NCBI GenBank assembly: GCA_977030845.1
Contig: OZ365110.1
Location: 44,888,001 to 44,952,000, forward strand
DNA: 64,000 nucleotides
Source: Fimbriosthenelais zetlandica
Taxonomy: Eukaryota
Direction: 5' to 3'
This document shows, piece by piece, positions 51,800-63,380 of this stretch (the stretch's first letter is position 1; each line of letters starts with the position of its first letter). Under the pieces are notes generated by a model. That model searched no databases. It was not told the DNA's origin and was given only the letters and a program-made list of their open reading frames with translations. The translations under genes and the position numbers were made by a program.

Positions 51800-54450
51800 A
51801 ATCCCCTCTTCTATGCCTACCCCTCCTCTCCTAATCATCCCACCCCTCCTATTCCACCCCCTTTTCCTCCAGTGTTTGACTAACGATCCGAGAAGTCGTT
51901 CTTGATCCATGTATGGCTAATCCCCTATTCAGATCAGTAATCTCCAAGCTTAATCCACACGAAGAATCCAATTGGCGGGATGACCGATTTGTGCACTGCT
52001 GCGACAGAGGAGGCACACAATCATTCCCCCATGATCAGTCGGAATAATACTGTCTCTTTCTTTGGTGGAAGGAGGTATGAGGCCAAGCCACTTTACTGCC
52101 ATTACTGCACCCACATGACCTGTGCTCGTCTTCTCCAATATAGTCTACTCAGCCTAAAGGCCCTGCTAAGGTGCTTTCTACCAATGACAGGGATTCTTAT
52201 GGCCTGGAAAACACTTAAGAAGTCAAGCGGTAAAGGGCACCTTCTACTCAGAAGATATAGGAAGTAGAGCAAGCATACAAGGAGGATTAAAGGTTCAAAG
52301 AAACCTTTTTTGTTAATTACAATGTCATTGTCATAAATATGCAGCACATATTTAAGTTCATCTATAGAGAGTGTAGACAGGCGAAAATAAAAAAGGTGAA
52401 TAGCTTGCATGGTAATCAAGTACTGGGTATGAGGGGACAAGATCCTGTGTATTTTCGAATAGATTCCTCTCAAGTGTTCAGATCAAGAGGGAATCTCATT
52501 GATAAGACAATGGTGATTCATATTGTAGCAAGGACTTTGCTTCGGGGATATAGTGTCTCTCACTTCCTCATTGCCTCCAATGATCTGGATGAGTGAAAAA
52601 TACAAGGATGAAATATCACCCAGGGAAGCTACTCAACTATTCATTCCACTTATCAATTCTAGGATTAGACTCGAGTATTTATTGCACTTATCAATCCACG
52701 GATTAGACAATATCAAGATTGACAAAGGATCCATATGAAGCTTCAAGATACAACTTCATCAAGAGAGACAAATTTAGAAATAGGCAGGCTTTGTGATCAT
52801 TGCCTTAAAGCTCTAATCCCCTTGGAGTGTTGCTGCAATATAATATTCATGCTGCAGGCTGAGCTTAACTTCAATAAGAAATAACTAATTTTTTGTGGAA
52901 ACGTCACCAGCAATGTATTTCTAATCGACATTACATTGTCAGCCTCCTTCAGAAGGGTAACTACTATGAAGAGACATCTAGGAAAACATTCCTATGCATG
53001 GCAAACACTCGTAATTTAGTTCCAATCCCACGATCCCTTCCCTATAACTTCCATTTTGTTTTATGCAACAGCAAAACTTGGCATATGCATTATTGACACT
53101 TTATTATACATGTATATATACTCTCTGAAAATGCTTATCATTCTTTCAGAACAAATATGAATGAGTAATGTCAATAATGTAACAAATCGATTTTGTTGCA
53201 TTTCCAATCATGCATGTCAAGACTCCTGATGATATATGTGTGTATATCTTTCTTTACATGCATATAATTATAAATATTCCATGCATTGGCCAACTTTCAA
53301 TTTGTCGTGCTGTCAAATGGGCTTACTCAATTGGTGATAAAGATCAGTATAATACTTAACTGACCTTATTATGTGGGTGTTCCCGTATTTGGGACACCTG
53401 CGCTAATAGTGAGGCTTGACAGAGACGATCGAGGCGTCAGAATTCCCATCCAGCCTGTCTCATCCCCTCTAAAATCCGGCTCAATAGACAAAGGACACTT
53501 TAAACAATTAAAAGACCCTGCCGTCTTTAGTTATGATGTATTTCCATCCCCTGTCTGTCAAGATAATCTGCCTTTGTCGGGTTTGTGGGGAAAGATAATC
53601 GGTTTCAGACACTTGATGGAGAAAACAATGAGAAGCAGTGGTAATTGAAACCAGCCACTTGAGACCATGCTCGCACCCGCAGCACCCGACTCGCCACTCA
53701 TTGTGGCAACCCTGAAAGAACTGCCTTCCCATGCCTCTACGACCTTTCACTTTTGACAAATTGAGTCTCAGTGAATACCCATCTTTGGCAATTCAAATCC
53801 ACAAGTAGGACTCGGCACGTTCCGGTCCTTCCGCTGACAAGGACCTTGAAGGTGTATTGGCTGCTGAACGTCTGCCATCTTTCTCAATGCCAAACGTTTC
53901 CCTCCATAAAAAATTGGTTTGGGGATATTTTCCTCAGATACAATTTCCCATGAATGTATGTATCATGTGTTACTATCATTGGTTCTCTAATACGAAAGCT
54001 TGAAACACAAAGGTTTCTATTTCAACAACGTACATTACTTCATGTAAGGGGCCATTACATCAAGAATATTGCATATAGGAACACTCTGGTTTACCTACTT
54101 TTGTACACTCGTGGTATGGATAATATGCAGAGAGTGTGAGCAGACCATATACAATATTTAAAGCCTCTGGGAGGGTGGAGAGGAGTGGTGCTTTATATGT
54201 GGACCTTTTACAATAGAACAGGCAGAGATGAGTGTTATTGTGTCGGCGAATCATACACTAACTGTATACTTGTACAGACTGGCCTATAGCGGCCAAAGGG
54301 AGGCACTCCAGTGCTACACTCTCTCTTTTGATCTGACAGCTCACGTCCAGTCCCTTTCAGGTGAAGTAATTGAACTGGCCGATAAAATACAAGCCGGTTA
54401 CAAGTTCCCTGACAAGCATACTGCCCAAATGCAAGAGCATTCACCATATT
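51800..54450 (-). mobile_element. Decayed L1-like LINE: RT through C-terminus with a G-rich 3' tail region
   Basis: VFYRPVQLL in ORF 54447-54235 (cf. YRPISLL), SGWFQLPLLLIVFSIKCL at about 53665-53600 (cf. QGCPLSPLLF), SEGG near 52960 (cf. GGL), C-terminal CLL...NW near 52000, then a G-rich tract at 51870-51805. Confidence 0.65.
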
Positions 54451-55735
54451 CCGCGATTGCGGAATGATTACAGCAGTAGATGAAAGACTGTGGGTGATTG
54501 GAATTTGATTGTATCAGTATAAAAGGGTCCAGGCATGGATTGCATAAGTAGTCAACGTACATTTACACGTCATTCTCTCTGGGAGGTTTTTTGGGTCGAA
54601 CAACACGGTATTAATGACTTTTTAATGTATTTTTATGCCTTCTTCTAAAGGGATATATTATAGCCGCGAGGTTGTAGTAAATCAGTTACAAGGTGTATTG
54701 GGCTGGAAGTATTCTCTACTTCTACTGGATTCTCTAACGAGTTGTAGCACGCACAAGTAATAAATCCAAGTTGACACGTATTAATTATAGAGCTAGCGGT
54801 ACTATCTGACTAACCCCCAAGCATTTGTAATCTCTCTCAAATGTATTACAGCCCTTGACAGAACTCGAACACATGTGTCCGTGTTGCTAAATGGCTCACA
54901 AAAGACGAAAGCAGGCGTAGAGATCCAAAATTGCTGTGACTTGTCCAAAAGGAGTCTATTCAAAGACTATATTGACAGGAACATACTGACGTGCCACGCT
55001 CTAACGATGCTTTTGTCCACTGCCTCACTTCAATATCTGTGAATTCCAGACGTTCATATGGCAGAGATTTAATTTGCTTGTTAGCACAGTCACTGACTTG
55101 ACATTCTAACGATCTTGTTACATTGCTGTAGGGGGTTTCTGCATTTAATATATATATAGTATTTCAGTGGACTGATGATTGGCAACATGTTTACCCGAAT
55201 AAAACTTGTCGTGCCAACATCAGTGCAGTTATAGTGCAGGGTATTTTATAATGCTGTATGTTCAGATGTGTATAATAACGGATACATTTCATTTATACAA
55301 TGTATTTGATTATTCTGAGTGTGTACATTCCCCCTGAATGCCACACAACACAATATATACCTATCACAATAATGGCTGCCAAGAGTGGCATCCAAAATGA
55401 CTGTAATCATTTAGTCACTTTGTAAAGACTAATAATTTGTTGCCAGCCATCTGAAAACAAATAAACTCGCAACACGCAAAAATAATAGACACCGGGCGGG
55501 ACGGCGTTTATTATTCACGTATGATGGGAAAAACGTTAAAGCGAACCTTTTAAATATTCATGATCTTAATTAACAAGTGTACATAACCCCACAGGTCATC
55601 AATCACTTTCTCCCATTAACTCAGTGAAAATGAAAAACACGAATTTACTTCAGATTGTTATCTAATCTAAATTGTAAAGAGGCGTTGTGAAAAAAAAATT
55701 GGCTGAGTCATCAAGTAAAAAGTTCTGACACTAAC

Positions 55736-55877
55736 CTGTTCTCCACGAGGTAGTAATCCCGATGATGTTCGTGACAGGTTCCCTTCCGGGATATAATCTT
55801 GTCCCGAATGACCACTTCGCCCAACCCACTTTGGTACCAGCGGCCATGCCAATCAGAAGGGAATTGGCATCCACCGG
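55736..55877 (-). CDS. Internal coding exon (142 bp, phase 1 in, phase 2 out) of an uncharacterised Cys-rich invertebrate protein, DUF7044-like N-terminal domain
   Basis: Minus strand reads ttttattttgcag|CC GGT GGA TGC CAA TTC ... GTG GAG AAC AG|gttag. It is open and encodes GGCQFPSDWHGRWYQSGLGEVVIRDKIISRKGTCHEHHRDYYLVEN(R). The C-x-FP-x-x-W-x-G-x-W-(F/Y)-QSG...KG-x-C pattern matches my recollection of the N-terminus of DUF7044/7042/7043-type proteins; not verified by search. Confidence 0.9.
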
Positions 55878-58522
55878 CTGCAAAATAAAAACGAAACAGG
55901 TTGAGCAATTTTCCTTTATGGTGTAGTATATGGAAATGGGTAGGCTAATGAGGCGCTAATGAAAGTAGTATATGGAAATGTTTAATTCTCAAAGGCGAAA
56001 GTGGAATAAGTAAATGCACATAACAAATGAATATAGCCGGGCGCTGCTCGGATGGATGAGCAAAATGCATTAGTTTAATCATTTAGTAAGTTTCAATGGT
56101 AAAATATTTCAGAAAGTCCGAGCTAATGATCATGAGCTGGAGTGTTCTGTTGTGTCGGGGATGCGAGGGGAGTTTTAAAGACACAACTTTCCACTATTGT
56201 TCCATATTGTCAAGAGCATTTTAGGTGGAAGCAGTGAGCTTTTAAGCTGACAATGGCAATCAGAGAGCATTGAAAATGCAAGGAACATAATAGGTCTGAA
56301 CCAATTAAAATGGCCAATTATTCACAGCATACTATGCTCCTGTTCTGAGGACCTGGGTTAAAGGTAGTATTTGCCATGCATGTAGAAGGGATGCAAATTG
56401 TTTCTGGGAACGATGATACTATAATGGCTTCATGTTGCGATGAGTAGATAAAGCATGGCTGTTAATGATGATAATGGCAGTGCAAACAGTAAAGATAATA
56501 ACGGTGATCATAAACAAAAGCTGGAAGGCCATCCTTGATCTAATCTTGTACTACATGTCAGCATGGCTAAGATCAAAGGGCCAAGTGAAGGACAAGGGTC
56601 AGAAAGGCACAAAGCATTTTTAAATAAACAATATTCTGATCATGGAGCAGTATCACATCCCTGGATTGTGAAAGAGATTCATGGTTTAGAGCAGGTCGGG
56701 AGCATGTGGCGAGAAGAACAATGGCGGACAGACCTCGTGCTCTACTAGCTCTTGTGTTAATGTCAAATCAGGCGCTGTGGTTGCACGAGGCCTATTGTGG
56801 GCTAGTTAGACCCCCCTGTGGGTAACTACCCTGCCTCGGGGCCCCACACCTGTAATTCACCCCCTCCATGGTGGCTCAGACGCAGGCCCCACACAATCAC
56901 ATGAAAAATACCCCTTGGTGGCTCTCACTGAAGGGGGCGGTCCACGCGACCGCACATGAGGGAGGGAGACAAATTGGGCTTAGGTGGACCATAATTGTGG
57001 TTGTTCCAGAAATCCTCTATGCCTGCACCATCTGATTCTGGGATGTATAAAGCCCAACATTTACGTTTGAACAATGGAGTATATTTTAATTTGATGGGAA
57101 ATCGATGAAATACATACAGCGAAATTGACTGAGTGTGCTTTAAAGTGGACTGGCTTCCGGTGTTTGGCGAGATTAGGAATTCGCGTGGTGGCTGGAATGA
57201 TGCATCATGATCGACATGATGTGTGTGGTATTGGATTGAATAGTGTCTTCTCCCTTCTGACTTTATCACTTGGAGCTCATCTGAATGTCCAACGGGTACA
57301 GGGTCGTAAATATATGATGGGGTAGATCATAGCTCCGTATATCTAGATGTTGGCCATCTGCTTTGGCCTAATCTCAGACTTGGTCAGTTGGTATATTGGA
57401 TCAGAAAGAATTGATGGCCCATGAATCACTCCAAAACACTCGAACAACGAGTTTTAAAGGAAAATTCGACGGTTGTACATGGATATTATAGTCAAATATA
57501 CTTGCAGATGTGCAGCTGTCTAATATGGTGAAAGAGTTGTTTGTTCTACAAACAATATGAAAGAATCACCAAAATAAAAGCATAATATAAAAGTTATTTT
57601 CCGCCAGGGGCTTGAACAAAGCGGGACAAATTTCCAGTCCATTAAGCAGTGTTCGTCTAGGGTCCCACATTGTCATTTGAGGCGGAAACGATGGTAACAA
57701 AAAGTAGAAGGTCAAGAGCTTAGATAATGGGGGCCAGAGCGTGAAATGGATTGTTTTTGCAGTGTAAACTAGATACATTGTCAGGATCAGAGGAAGGTTG
57801 GACCCTGTCACACACTAACCCATGACTGATGACTATAGGGGGAGTGACCCTGGCCATTTTTGTGCTGGTGAAGCGATCCATATAGGGAGCATGTGTTCAT
57901 CTTAATAATTCACCGGGTATTTGTACAGTGGGAGCTTCATTTGGCACTGTTTGCCATGTCTATTCTTCATGTCGCGATAAATTAAGATGTCCCTGACCAA
58001 CCAACAAAAGATACCATCTGGCCTTATGAAAAGGCAACGCATGAAGAGCCAAAAAACACACCCTTGACCCACAGCGGGCCAAAAGATTATGGGGAAATTT
58101 TAATTAAGACAAATCATTAGGTGTTAAAGTGAGATGGGGGGTCATTAAGGACGCTAATTCTCCGTAGTTACGGCGAGTGGTAATCACAGAGTCAAATCAA
58201 AATTCTGCGGACAGAAAATACGGCATTTTTTTTACCCCTTCTTTGATGTAGACATTAGCAAAAGGATTGCTCGTCAGTGACTGAGGAAGAGCAAATGACA
58301 GAGAAGGGACTGCTTCTCTTTTACTCTCTGTCTGGCTTTGCCTTCAGCAAGCAGTAGTCCCATGTAGAGCTGAATGATTTGCCTATCTGTGCGCCAACTA
58401 TGCTGGCCACGCTTAAGGGTAACTGCCTCCTTTGGGGGGAAATGACAAACATGCCCGCAGGTAGAGCACTAATCAAGTGCCCTCTTCCCTTTACAAACTC
58501 TTTTCTCCAGGCGTGCCCGGCC

Positions 58523-58544
58523 TATAATTAACGTGTTAATTATA
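58523..58544. repeat. Inverted repeat tataattaac-gt-gttaattata
   Basis: Perfect 10 bp arms with a 2 bp spacer, seen directly; each arm contains TAATTA. Confidence 0.85.
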
Positions 58545-58804
58545 TTTACCGCCAGTAAGGACTGGGACTTCTTTTTGATGCGCGGTAGACAGGGGGAGGG
58601 AACTTAAGATTGTAGGTCAGATTGAAGGCATTTCAAGCTGTCAACCCTAAAGGCATCTGAGGCATGCAGTCGTTTGAGAATTATACCCTCCAGCGATTGG
58701 CTTTTAATTCCAAGATCCGGTGCGGCACAAGGTGTACGAGAGATACCATGTACTATATAAAAAATATTATAGGGTAATATTACACCATACAAAATTTAAT
58801 ATAC

Positions 58805-58824
58805 ATGTAGGCCTAGGCCTACAT
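58805..58824. repeat. Perfect 20 bp palindrome atgtaggcctaggcctacat
   Basis: Equal to its own reverse complement; contains two overlapping TAGGCCTA units. Confidence 0.9.
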
Positions 58825-59520
58825 TAAGAATAGAAATAGTAAAAGATTAATTCCATTTTATTGGTTGAAAGGAATTTCCTGCTGATTTATATAATGGCAT
58901 GAATGCATCCCTCACGTGTATTATAATGCTGTGTTAATGTACACTTATAGTAGGTACTCTTAGTAGTATTCTGCTTGAACACGTTTAATAGAGTGACTAA
59001 ATCGATGGAGAACCAACAACAAATTCACTTCAAGTTGGGACTTTAATGTGGTCCCTCCTGCTCCATATTTACATCACTCCAGTCAAGCTTGTAAAGCCCT
59101 GACCTTTAACAAGACCCAAAATATCTGAGAGCTCACTTTCTGAAATCACTGCCTTTAATGTGCCTCGTATCGGCAATGGAGGTGAAGCAATTGCGTAACA
59201 ATGGTTGCAGGACTGGCAGGTAAAAGCGGTCTTACGTTTAATGTTCCTAAAAGAGAGGAATGAGGATAATGACCACTGGCGATACCCAGATGTCCCTTTC
59301 TCCCTCTTTAACCAATTCTCCCAGCACCTATTAAGTTATCACCTCGTCTTTTCAGCGGAACAAATTGTCCTGCCAACATTTCACGAGTTGGGACGTGAAA
59401 ATTATGGGGGGCTATCCTAAGGTGGTGGGGTGCGAACAAGCGGCCGACAATTCACCTGCTTCAGTCGAGTGATTTGCTGCAGAGAGTAGGGTAAGAAATC
59501 GGGGCTTTGATGGCGGAGGG

Positions 59521-59535
59521 AGGAGGAGGAGGAGG
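59521..59535. repeat. (AGG)5 microsatellite
   Basis: aggaggaggaggagg seen directly. Confidence 0.85.
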
Positions 59536-59549
59536 GGCCGGGCTAGAAT

Positions 59550-59720
59550 GACCAGATAGGCATTTAACGTGTTCCAGGCAAGCTTGGGTGAAGGTGTGTC
59601 TATCATTGTGAGTGATGACCATTTTACAGCCAAGCACCACCGGAACTCTGAATGAAGCTGTCTGATGAATATGACCCGTTTCCATGACGACCTAAATGAA
59701 CCTTGGTGATTTGCCGTGGT
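59550..59720 (-). mobile_element. Possible L1-like linker fragment
   Basis: TPSPKLAWNTLNAYL in ORF 59723-59412 resembles the L1 motif SxxxLWDTLKAYLRG; single motif only. Confidence 0.35.
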
Positions 59721-62313
59721 CAATCTTTAACGAGGCTCTTTATGGGGAGAGGTGACAGAAAGTGCGTCAGTATAAAGTGAGTGGAGATGGGTAGGCGAGT
59801 GGATGTGTGAAAGCCAGCTCAGAGGCTCTTTGTCTGTCTTCTCTTCCTCTTTTTGTGGGCTCCATATCCCCAATATACGGTACAGTTCCCCCCACTAATT
59901 CTTGACAGAACGAGTTTTTCCCAGTGAAATCTAGGCCTTTTTGTTGAGGCTAATTAGTCGGGAGCAGCTGTTTTAATAGTACTTTGCGATGAGAATGGTC
60001 TACATGCATCACTATACTGGGGTATTATAGTGGCTTATGGAAGTACCTCCATTAAAGTATACCTACAGCTGAGAGGAGAGGAGAGGAACTCATCCTATGT
60101 TCTATGTTATCATGTAATATTTCACCTTCAAGTCGCCAAAGTATCATACTCCGGGCAAAATATGGTGGTCAGCTTGAATACGATGCAATGTAGGCCTATT
60201 TGTGTGAATCTCGGATTACACGGATATTGGTTGGGGATTTTCTGCCGTGTCCAAGGATATATTATATTTCATCTCTAAGGAAAGAAAGTAGACAATCAGA
60301 ATGACTAGAAAATCCACATATCCATCAAGTTATCATATTTCTTCGGCTGCTGAAGTTTATTTCTAATCGATGTTGAAGAACACTGACAACGAAAGAAAGT
60401 CTGGAGCATGTATTGAGAAAAAACCAATATAATTATGTTTTTGACGATGTGAGGTCCTTTTGCGTTATTTTTGGTCAGTAGTCAGTTGAGTAGAGGCCAC
60501 AAAAAAGAAATCTGATCATAGGAGCTCTCTCTCTCTATGATTCAATTAATGGAAGTAATCTTTCATGGGACAGAGATGAGGACCTCTTTATAAATAGGTC
60601 TTAGCAATCAGAGGTCAATGTCAGAACCCCTGAGTCAGCATGTTCTAAACTCGTAAGAGACAAGGGCATACAAGGGCATAATGAATATGGCACTATATAT
60701 ACATGTATATATACTGACATTTTGCCCTAGCATTATAATCCTTTTGTGAGGTCCTTATATGTATATATGGCCAAGTGCTGGCTGTTGTATAGTTTGGTTT
60801 CAGTATACGTGTAGAGTCTCTATGGAAGGATATTAATCCAAACATTATCACTACATATCAATATGTCCCTGGGAACTTTACCATGCATATAGAACGTCCA
60901 TAGGGGTGGGACCCTTCTGTGATCACAATACAAGTCCCTTGGTTGTAGAGCATGTCCCAACCAGACAAATGGCGCTGTGCTAGCTGTCGGACATGATCGT
61001 GCCTCAAAGGTGGCAGTAGGACTCGTCACAAGCATATATTATTCATCATGATTTCATACGTCCGCCTATCGCTGTGGAGCGGACGGTGGTAATACTGGGA
61101 GATAACCATATTATCTGGGCGCGGACGAGGCCTCCTAGGATTCATGAACAGAGCCAGGTTTGCCAAGGTCTAATTACCACCATCACCACCAGCCCTCTAT
61201 GGCTTATTCATTCAGCCATATTCACAAGTAACAATTAATTGCTGCTAGTAATAAAACCAACTAGGGCTTTTATCAAGGTCGTTAGGCAAAGAGAGCCCTT
61301 TAGAACTGCAAGCAGGCGCGCGCTCCTTAATCAGTTTTGAATTCACTTCTATTGATGTTTTGTATCTAGACGTGAATGATTGCCTTGCATCAAGCTCCAG
61401 TAAGTACAAGCAGCTGATAATTGGAAATAAGTGAGTTTAAAATCAATTACAATTAAATTAATTGGTTTATTACTATATATCAATGTATGTTGTTCTTTAA
61501 ATATGGGCACCTACAATCTGTGTCAGACAGAATTTACTTGAGGCCAACTGTCATCACGATAATCTTCCCTCCTGCCAAAACAGACGTATAACCTTCTAGC
61601 AAATCGTGAGCTTAATATTCAAGTAAGTAACTTATAAATTGGCTAATATGCACAGATGTCTACACCTTCAAAGCATGATATATCTATAAGAATTTAAAAT
61701 ATGTTCGAGGCACACCTTCCATGTGTGTAGGCCTATAGTGTCTGTCTGAGCCTTTAAGCTCCAATCTCCAATCAGGGACTATTTTGCTTCAAGCCCAGAC
61801 AAAATGTCCCAGGGAGCACAGGTCTTATGCATTATTAGTGGAGTTAATTTTCTCCCCAATCGCGAACTATAGCCGGAGAAAATAATAATGTAAAGAAAAA
61901 AATGACGCTGAAAGGACATTTTTCACGTGTCAGAATACTGGATCAATCCGATTGGCATTGACCGGGAAAACATTCTCAAGTTGCAGCCAATATAAAAGCG
62001 TCTTTTCCGTTTCATTTGACTCAGCTCTGCCAAGGCATTTCCAAATCAGTCTCCTTAAAATATGGAAAGTTTCTGAATTATCTGGACTCAAGGATTTTCA
62101 TTCCATGGGGAGCCTCGGATAATTGACTTCACTAATTATTAAAAGAAACCGCCAGGCGACCGCAGGAATCTAGATTGCACAAGCCAAGACGTCCCTGTTC
62201 GTAACCATGGCAAACAATGAAATGCTAGAGAGAAATGCCAACACCTAATAAAACTTGTCTTCTCTTGTGTCACGGCCTTCTCAGTTGTTGCCATTTGGTT
62301 AATAAGATATTGC

Positions 62314-62350
62314 CATAAGCTTTATTGGCATCAACATAAGCTTTATTGGC
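62314..62350. repeat. Tandem duplication of cataagctttattggc (period 21)
   Basis: Exact 16 bp copies at 62314-62329 and 62335-62350. Confidence 0.9.
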
Positions 62351-62719
62351 GGATAGGTGAGGGGAGGACTGTAAGTGTGACAGGTATGAATGACTGTAAA
62401 GAGCATGTGGGTGGCAAGAGGTTGCCGTGAGTCGGGGCAATACAACATGACCAGTCCGACATTCTGCTCTCCCCACAGACGCGCAAATCGATATTCAGAC
62501 ATATTTGTCCTCCCCATACAGCCTGTGTGGGATCATAAACTCACATGGGAAATCAAGGAGAAACCATGAGATAAGTTGGTAATTAATACTAAACCAAATA
62601 CTTGCTGCATTCATATTTCTGCTATATTTCATATATAGGGCAGTTATATGTGCATGGTAGATGTATCAGTATTTTCCACTAGTCATAGTATAGATGTTAT
62701 AGGCCTATACAGATTTATT

Positions 62720-63150
62720 ACATTGGAAGGGATTCACCATCTATCGGCAAGCCTTGGCTGCTTGACTTGCCTCGAAGGTAGCTCCATCGAAGGCAAGTAA
62801 ATATTAGTTTAAGGTCCTTAATTTCCTCGCAGTCATCTTTTCCTGCCCTGATGACCTTTCCAGTGGCCATCAGTGGCTTGGTCACCACTTCCCTGACCAC
62901 CAATCAACGCCTGGCAGGCGCTAGCTGACCGGGCGGGGTGAGTTACAAATCGACCTGCCACCGGAGTCATTTTCCTTATCAGGGGTTACCTTTAGCCAGT
63001 GATCTATAAACGTGTTGTAACCGGGGATCTTACAGCTGGCTTATCTGCCTCGTCTGTAAAGGTATTAAACTGAATGTGGACAGGGGTGATAGCGCCTGAC
63101 AGATCGTCGGCGTCCCGTCTATAGGAAGAGCCGTTATCTCCGGTTTATAG
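62720..63150 (-). mobile_element. Decayed L1-like endonuclease end and linker
   Basis: IDHWLKVTPDKE at 63008-62972 (cf. LIDxWRxxNPxxKE) and SYLRGK in ORF 62903-62718 (cf. KAYLRGK). Confidence 0.55.
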
Positions 63151-63229
63151 ATACTGGCAGTGGACGGTCAGGCTGGGGCTTCAAGATCAACTAGGCATTC
63201 ATTGTGTCAGCGTATGAATACAGCCGCCA

Positions 63230-63380
63230 CCCCACGTGACCCGCATCACGTCACTGAGCACACACGTATGTACATGCGCGGCTTTCTATGGACTATTTTG
63301 CCTGGCGGATTGAAACGCTGGCTATCCGCTACGTCATGGTTCGTGGCTATAACACACGTGATCGCCTGGCTTCCGGTATA
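63230..63380. promoter_or_regulatory. CpG-rich cluster of E-box, CRE-like and ETS motifs (candidate promoter or enhancer)
   Basis: CACGTG at 63233 and 63355, ACGTCA at 63248 and 63331, CTTCCGG at 63370; about 16 CpG in 63181-63380 by hand count. Confidence 0.35.

Larger units (their letters stand above)
651..55735 (-). other. Giant GT-AG phase-2 intron, 55,085 bp
   Basis: Donor gttag starts at 55735 and acceptor ...ctttccag ends at 651. The joined peptide DYYLVENR-EMNCFQC is collinear with the family pattern as I recall it, leaving no obvious room for a missing constitutive exon. Confidence 0.8.

Noticed and set aside
57455-57600. ttaa-aggaaaattcgac, a Kolobok-like MITE end; similar single ends near 32870 and 57138
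   Set aside because: No convincing partner inverted repeat with a second TTAA was found.
59412-59723. ORF with hydrophobic LVILARPLLLLL as the signal-peptide exon of the host gene
   Set aside because: The Leu run comes from the (AGG)n microsatellite and the upstream part resembles an L1 linker; only the 21 nt microexon was kept as a candidate.
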